In this document: piece after piece, positions 56,893 to 64,000 of the stretch
Numbering within the stretch: the first letter of the stretch is position 1
Layout: each line of letters starts with the position of its first letter
From: the human T2T-CHM13v2.0 reference genome, Homo sapiens
Direction: 5' to 3'
NCBI GenBank assembly: GCA_009914755.4
Contig: CP086569.2
Coordinates: 8,512,001-8,576,000, forward strand
Length of the DNA stretch: 64,000 nucleotides
The notes under the pieces: model-generated
Told to the model about the DNA's origin: nothing
Seen by the model: only the letters and a program-made list of their open reading frames with translations
Database searches by the model: none
Made by a program: the position numbers and the translations under genes

Positions 56893-59800
56893 ATCCAGCT
56901 TCTGAGACCTCAATAATGTTTATGTGCAAGGCATTCTTACTGCTTATATGAAGATTCAAAAGAACTGCAAGAGCATTTAGCAGAAAAGGAGTCACTGGGC
57001 TTAAATATTATTTAAAAAATAAAATTAAGTCTTGAAAGGTAGACAGGAAGGAGTACAATATTCTTAAATTAAGTGGATATGACAGAAGTGCAGAGTTATG
57101 AAATATGAGGGCATGTAAATCAATAATTAAGGTTGTACTGGGATGTTTAAACATTAACACAAGATCCTTAGTGTAAGATTGGAAATTATTTGAGGAGAGA
57201 ATTTAGAACTAAGCAACCTGAGGTGAGCAGTAGGATTGAACAGAAGTAATATTTTTGAAAAAGAGAATCATAAGATTGCAGACCAAACAGAAGAAAGCAA
57301 GACAATAAATAAGAGTTCTTAGCAAATAAGTTTAAGTACAACAAATTAAAATTCTTACTTAGTCCTCCACCCTAATATGGAGGAAATTGAAAACTGCCAT
57401 TTTCTATTTTACATTTCATATGTAGAGTATCGGTGAAATTAGGTATTTATTGACTTCAGGATACACAAGCCAACACATTTTCATTGGAAAATTAGCCATT
57501 GAACATATCATAGGTGAAAGACTGACCTCTAAGGAACAGCACATAAAGAGTATATTAAAGGAGAAGCTTTTCTATTTTGAAATAGCAACAATGTTGTAAT
57601 GACCCCTTTAACAGTATTGCTTATTGCAGTAAAAGTAAATCTTGGCCATCATTAGAAAGTTTTCACTAGTACATTTTAATTTGTCAACATTTAAGATAGA
57701 GCCAACCACTTAGAGATAAAGGAGAATTTTTTGTAAAAATTTAGCGTGCAGTCATTCAAAGGTAGCATTATTTGTGTGTGAGGTGGATTGAACAACATGG
57801 CAAAATTTACCTTCTTCAGCTGAGAAAGGACAATGTATATAACTTTAAAATTCGTGAAGAGTTTGGTGGTTTTACATGTTTTCCCTGTGTCATTGGTAGT
57901 CATCAGTAATTAATATGAAAAGAAAAATAATAATTAAGTAGTTATTTACCATTACAAATGAACTTTTACCTAAGAATTAATGTCTGCCTTCTGCTTTGTT
58001 AGAAGGACTGGGCTTGCGGGAGCCATGGGATTATCCAAAGCCATAAGAAATATTCACAATGCCATGACTTTCTAGTAATTTAAGGAACAAAGAACAGAGT
58101 CATAGAAGAAATAATTTTAAAAAGTTGTTTAAGAGAAGAGAAAATAGTGTTTCAGACTGGCTGTTCTTTACATGTTTCATCATTTTAATATTAAAGGTCC
58201 CATATCACATGGAAGAGAGAATTACGGAAGTCCTCCATGCAGAGAGCCAATCTCTTCCCGGAGAAAAGACCATATGTCTCCAAGAGATGGTTATGCAACT
58301 AAGAATAGGTAAAGATAAAACGGAAAAAATAGTCGATTTTTTTTGTTATGGTGATGAAATTCACATAACAAAATTAAATATTATAAGGTAAACAGTTAAG
58401 TGGCATTAAATATATTCTGTGTTATGCAGCAACTACCTCCATCGAGTTCCAAAACATTTTTGTGACTCCAAACTAAAACTCCAACTACCAGTTGAGCAGT
58501 CGCTTTCATTTTCTCCCTTCCCTCAGCTGCTAGCAAACACCAATCTGTGTTCTGCCTCTGAACTTACATGTTGTGGGCATTTAATGTTATGGGCTCACAC
58601 ACTGCATGACTTTTTGTATCTGTCTCCTTTCCTTTTGTATCATGTCCCGAAGTTTCATTTACATCATAGCACTTCACTCCTTCCACAAGCTGTTAACCCA
58701 TTATTTTATTTGGGTTGTTTCCACCACAGTATTTCTATGCTCCAGTATTTGTTTGAGTACACTTATTCAATTTTGGGTGTATATATACGTGGAATTGCTT
58801 GGTCCTATGATAATTATGTTTGTTTTCTTGAGGAAGCACCACATTTCTCCTAGTAGCTGCATCATTTTCCATTCCAGGTAGCATTGTATCAAGGTTCCAA
58901 TTTATCTTCACCCTCTCAAACAATTGCTATTTCCTGCTTTTTAAAATTTATTGCCATTCTAGTGTGTGTGTGAAGAATGGTATCTCACTTTGGATTTGAA
59001 ATGCATTTTCTGAATCACTGATTATGAGTATCTGTTCCATGTGCTAGTTGGGCATTTGTCTAGTTTATTTGGGGAAATATCTATTTAGATGTTTGGCCTT
59101 TTAATTTTGTTTAAGTTGTAAGTTAGTTATGTTTTGGAAACTAATTGATGAAAATTCAAAATTCGGTGCTTAAACTTATGCATACAGAAATCATCCACTT
59201 TCCCAAGAAACTAGTGATTATGCTCCACCATCTAGAGACTATGCGTACTGTGATTATGGTCATTCTAGTCAGGGTGAATATTCCTTTAGAGAATATAGGT
59301 ACTATAACATTTCCTGGATTTGTCAAATAGATTTCTTAAATGGTTCATTCTGACATTAAGAATTTTTTTTTCAATTTAGTGATCGTGATGGCTACAATGA
59401 CGCCCGTGGTAGAGATCATTCTGAACGTCCATGTGGAAGTTCTTATAGACATGTATTTCAGAGATAAGGTAAGGGTCCAGGATGGATTTGTAAATTATAG
59501 AATTGTATTTAATAGACCAGATCATTATTTTAATGAAATTATAAGGAAAAGTATAAAGGACAAATATAACATGTTTAAATATTGAGCATTCTTAGCAGTA
59601 TAAAGCACAGGGAATGATATGAAGGTGAGAACTTCACTACACATTCAGAAAATATGACTCAATGTTTACTTTAGAGTTAAATTTGTTAAGCTTCAAATAC
59701 TACTCTTACACTTCTTTTTAATAAAACTTTCTGACTCTTGCAGGCATAATTAATATCCTGTCAACAAAGGCAGACAAAAGTAGATATTTCCAAATAGTAC

Positions 59801-61061
59801 TTTAATTCATGCTTTAGTGATAGCTGTAATGATGTTTAAATGTAGTCCAACATATTATTTTACCAACCCTGCAGGTACCTCTCATGGTGCACCACCAGCA
59901 TGAGGGCCTCAGTTGTCTTACGGTGGAAGAAGCCGCCATGATTATAACAATACATGAGATAGATACGGCAGAAGTCAAGAGAGTTACGCAAGGAGATGTG
60001 GTGATTTTTATTCCTGTGGTCATGAGCATGTTGGCAGAAAAGACCTAAGGAATCCACCTTCTCTAGGTAGGGTGCACCCTGCTCCTCGTGAAACATGTGG
60101 TAGCTCAAGTTATGTGGCATCTACAGGAGATGGTGGGGAAAGTTGATCTGGAAAAAAGAGCCAGAAGCAGATATTAAAGCAAGTATTCAAAATAATAGTT
60201 ATTGCATACCAAACCTTGTTTTCAAATCGAAAATTGACATGTTATTTCTGCATCGTTACCTGTGTCTTGCTAAAAGAAACCTGTTGGTTTTGTGGAGAGA
60301 GGTAGATACTAACTTCCTCCATTAATTTTTTGAGGTATTCAAAGGAAGAGGAATTTTTTTCAAAGTAATTTCGTACTTGCTAATGCTTTTTAAGAACTAT
60401 TTAGATGTAATATCTGCATTAAAATTTTCAGAATAAAATTTTACATGTAATCCAAAATGCCTGATGTTATTGCTTAACAGCACATGCTTAAAAGCAAATT
60501 CAATAGGAGAGTAAATTGCATTGTTTGTTGAATGTTTTCCTTTGTTTCTTTGAACATAAATAGATACAAAATTAGGCATATGTTATGTCTCCCTTGAAAG
60601 CTGCACAAGTTTTCGAATTAGGCTGTTTCTCTTTAAAAACTTACAAGCTTACAATGTTTGCATCCTCTTCAGAAAGACTACAAAACTGTCTGCCTCACTA
60701 TACAAAATTTATCTTTTAGAGGACTAGTATAGGTCAAAAGAAATAATTAGATGTGGTTGATACTAAAGTTTAAGACATCTGGAACATTCTATTTGAAGCA
60801 TTCTGTGACTGAAGAGAGATAATGCTAATGAAAACTTTTTTTTTTTACCTAAATCAAAAGTGAACCAGCTAAATTTCTCAAGTGCATAACATAATGAAAT
60901 TAAATGTTCGTAGTTTAAATAGTGGAAAGCAAGTGTTTTGTCTTAGAAGGTAGTCATGTTATTTTTTTTCTTGAAAGTTTTGACAATGGTTGTTGTAAGT
61001 CATGGTTTAGTAATAAGTTGTTACAAATAGGAATAATCTAGAGTGGCTGGAATTTCATCAG

Positions 61062-61339
61062 TTTTTTTTTTCTTTTTCAGATGGAGTGTAACTTTATCGC
61101 CCAAGCTGCGGTGCAGTGGCTCCATCTTGGCTTACTGCAACCTCCACCTTCTGGGTCCAAGCTCTTGTCCTGCCTCAGCCTCCTGAATAACTGGTATTAG
61201 ATAAGTGTGCACTACAGCTGGCTAATTTTTTGTATTTTTGGTACAGACAGCGTTTCACCATGTTTGCCAGGCTGTTCTTAAAATCCTGATCCACCCTCCT
61301 CCGACTGCCAAAGTTCTAAGATTACAGGCATGAGCCACT
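61062..61339 (-). mobile_element. Alu, antisense (diverged).
   Basis: ttttttttttctttttcagatggagtgtaactttatcgcccaagctgcggtgcagtggctccatcttggcttactgcaacctccaccttctgggtccaagc...attacaggcatgagccactgctctcagcc. Confidence 0.9.
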
Positions 61340-61528
61340 GCTCTCAGCCTATCAGATTTAATTCATGATATGAATGGAAGCACTTTAAACCTCATACTTT
61401 TGGGAAGTTAAGTGTATAAAATGTAAAACCACAGCATAACGTTTCAGACAGGGGATTGCTTAAAGGTGTAATAAATCATCAAATGATAAAAATAAAAAGA
61501 TTTGGACTTAAATAACTAAACCAATTAA

Positions 61529-63014
61529 TTTTTCTTTTTATTTATTTATTTATATTTATTTTATTATTATTATTTTCTTTTTTTGTTTTTGTTTTGTTTT
61601 GTTTTTTTAATTGATCATTCTTGGGTGTTTCTCACAGAGGGGGATTTGGCAGGGTCATAGGACAATAGTGGAGGGAAGGTCAGCAGATAAACAAGTGAAC
61701 AAAGGTCTCTGGTTTTCCTAGGCAGAGGACCCTGCAGCCTTCTGCAGTGTTTGTGTCCCTGGGTACTTGAGATTAGGGAGTGGTGATGACTCTTAACGAG
61801 CATGCTGACTTCAAGCATCTGTTTAACAAAGCACATCTTGCACCACCCTTAATCCATTTAACCCTGAGTGGACACAGCACATGCCCCAGAGAGCACAGGG
61901 CTGGGGGCAAGGTCACAGATCAACAGCATCCCAAGGCAGCAGAACCCCTCCCAGTACAGAACAAAATGAAGTCTCCCATGTCTGCTTCTTTCTACACAGA
62001 CACAGCAACAATCTGATTTCTCCATCTTTTCCCCACCTTTCCCCCCTTTCTATTCCACAAAACCGCCATCGTCATCATGGCCCGCTCTCAATGAGCCGCG
62101 GGGCACACCTCCCAGACGGGGTGGCGGCCGGCAGAGGGGCTCCTCACTTCCCAGAAGGGGCGGCTGGAGAGAGGTGCCCCCCACTTCCCGGACGGGGCGG
62201 CGGCCGGGCAGGGGCTGACCCCCAACCTCCCTCCCGGACGGGGTGGCTGCCGGGCGGAGACGCTCCTCACTTCCCAGACTGGGCGGCTGCCGGGCGGAGG
62301 GGCTCCTCACTTCTCAGATGGGGCGGCTGCCAGGCGGAGGGGGGCTCCCCACTTCTCAGATGGGGCGGCCGGGCAGAGACGCTCCTCACCTCCCAGACGG
62401 GGTCGCAGCCGGGCAGAGGCGCTCCCCACATCTCAGACGATGGGTGGCCGGGCAGAGACGCTCCTCACTTCCTAGACAGGATGGCGGCCGGGAAGAGGCG
62501 CTCCCCACTTCCCAGACTGGGCAGCCGGGCAGAGGGGCTCCTCACATCCCAGATGATGGGCGGCCAGGCAGAGATGCTCCTCACTTCCCAGATGGGGTGG
62601 CGGCCAGGCAGAGGCTGCAATCTCCGTACCTTGGGAGGCCAAGGCAGGCAGCTGGGAGGTGGAGGCTGTAGCTAGCTGAGATCACGCCACTGCACTCCAG
62701 CCTGGGCAACATTGAGCACTGAGTGAAGGAGACTCCCTCTGCAATCCCGGCACCTCGGGAGGCCGAGGCTGGCAGATCACTGGCGGTTAGAAGCTGGAGA
62801 CCAGCCCCACCAACACAGCGAAACCCTGTCTCCACCAAAAAAATACGAAAACCAGTCAGGCGTAGCGGCGCGCGCCTGCAATCGCAGGCACTCGGCAGGC
62901 TGAGGCAGGAGAATCAGGCAGGGAGGTTGCAGTGAGCAGAGATGGCAGCAGTACAGTCCAGCTTCGGCTAGGCATCAGAGGGAGACCGTGGAAAGAGAGG
63001 GAGAGGGAGAGGGC
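61529..63014 (-). mobile_element. SVA retrotransposon, antisense. Reading the plus strand, the order is: a long T-rich tail (61529-61606); the SINE-R/HERV-K-derived module (61607 to about 62060); a GC-rich VNTR of roughly 35-45-bp units (about 62090-62620); an Alu-like module (about 62620-62960); and (CCCTCT)n hexamers seen as gagggagagggagagggag (about 62985-63014). It is flanked by a target-site duplication ccaatta (61521-61528 and 63016-63023).
   Basis: The plus-strand text ttttattgatcattcttgggtgtttctc... is the reverse complement of the canonical SVA 3' end (gagaaacacccaagaatgatcaataaaaaa). The module order matches SVA. The 264/142-aa ORFs at 61881-62675 and 62243-62671 are VNTR artefacts (GRAAGR/DAPHFP-type repeats). 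Confidence 0.9.
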
Positions 63015-63318
63015 ACCAATTATACTGATTATACAACCTAAAGAAATGAAATACATGAAATTCCAGAAGTTTTACAGTCCATAATTCTTACAATTAACAG
63101 ACTAATCTGCAATGAGGAAATATTTTCTTGATAAAATTTTCACAAGATCTTAATTTTTATAGGGTAAGGGTGCAAATAATTTTAAAGGGAGAAGTTGCCA
63201 ACTTTGATTTTCAAGTGAATTATTCATATTATGAAGTTGTGTTTTCATTCACCTATAATGTAGGATTGTGAGGATGAAGTGAAAAAATAAAACTCCCTAG
63301 TCTTGTGTATCTTACTGC

Positions 63319-63608
63319 CCAGGTGTGATGGCTCAGGTCTTTATTTCCAGCATGTTTTGAGTCCAAGGCTTGCAGATCATTTTAGGTCAGGAGTTCAAGA
63401 CCAGCCTGGCCAACACCATGAATCCCCATCTCTACCAAAAATATAAAAATTAGCTGGGTATGGTGGTGCACGCCTGTAGTATGTTACAGTTAACTGGGGC
63501 ACTCAGGTAGGAGAATCGTTTGAACTGGGGAGCCTGAGGCTGCAGTGAGCTGATATTGCACCATGCACTCTAGCTTGGGTGACAAAGCGAGACTCCAAAT
63601 CAAAAATA
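63319..63608 (+). mobile_element. Alu, sense orientation.
   Basis: ccaggtgtgatggctcaggtctttatttccagcatgttttgagtccaaggcttgcagatcattttaggtcaggagttcaagaccagcctggccaacaccatgaatccccatctctaccaaaaatataaaaattagctggg... Confidence 0.9.
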
Positions 63609-63674
63609 ATTATATAAGTCAACACATATATAAATAATAAATAGGGTATCCTTCATTTCATGCACTTATCAATT

Positions 63675-63980
63675 CTTTTTTCTTTTTTGGACACAGTGTC
63701 TTACTCTGTTGACCAGCCTGGACTGCAGTGGCACTGTCAAGGCTCACTGCAGCCTTGAACTCCTAGGTTCAAATGCACAAGCCCCATTCCAGCCTCCCAA
63801 GTAGATGGAATTGCAGTCACACACCACTGTGCCCAGCTTTTGTGTTTGTGTGTGTGTGTGTGTTTGTGTGTGTGTGGTAGGGACAATGCTTTAGATAGAT
63901 TTTTCAGGCTGGTCTCAAATTCCCAGGCTTAAGTGATCCTTCTTACTTGGCCTCCCAAAATGTTGTGATTATAGCCATGA
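63675..63980 (-). mobile_element. Alu, antisense, with a (TG)n microsatellite (about 63838-63878) expanded from its A-rich linker.
   Basis: ttttttcttttttggacacagtgtcttactctgttgaccagcctggactgcagtggcactg...ggcctcccaaaatgttgtgattatagccatga. Confidence 0.9.
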
Positions 63981-64000
63981 ATCTGACATAACATTTCTTG

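Noticed and set aside
61881-62675. A 264-aa plus-strand ORF and a 142-aa partner at 62243-62671, with repeated GRAAGR/DAPHFPD motifs.
   Set aside because: They lie entirely within the GC-rich VNTR of the antisense SVA and are a periodic-repeat artefact.

Overview
This 64-kb window is AT-rich, repeat-dense primate nuclear DNA and contains no prokaryotic features. It is almost certainly hominid, because it carries an SVA element and many Alu elements. It is most plausibly Y-chromosomal, because it carries an intron-containing pseudogene of the RBMY family.

Main contents, 5' to 3':
- A 24-bp AT-rich minisatellite (92-690) and scattered Alu elements.
- A near full-length but coding-defective gammaretrovirus-like provirus (6832-15568), assigned to HERV-E by its tRNA-Glu primer-binding site (PBS). 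Its LTRs are about 9-10% diverged.
- A 5'-truncated antisense L1 (15605-18095) whose 3' end lies about 40 bp from the provirus 3' LTR.
- About 17 kb of AT-rich sequence with simple repeats and an Alu/L1/Alu cluster.
- A roughly 4-kb uncharacterised tandem array with a 66-bp period and 33-bp sub-period (35070-39180), interrupted by a later Alu and an ERVK-type solo LTR.
- An unprocessed, frame-disrupted trypsin-like serine-protease pseudogene (40803-43680). At least three exon remnants are recognisable: the His, Asp and Ser catalytic exons.
- A GC-rich, CpG-island-like block (45.3-48.5 kb) with paired inverted CCAAT boxes.
- An RBMY-family pseudogene on the plus strand (50324-60146). It has seven recognisable coding exons plus a single SRGY-box exon, with premature stops.
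- Intronic Alus, an antisense SVA with a target-site duplication (61529-63014), and terminal Alus.

There is no intact cellular protein-coding gene and no RNA gene that I can support. The most interesting hypothesis is that the protease pseudogene sitting next to an RBMY copy is a decayed primate counterpart of the mouse Y-linked Prssly gene, which I recall as neighbouring the Rbmy cluster. That point is from memory and unverified.
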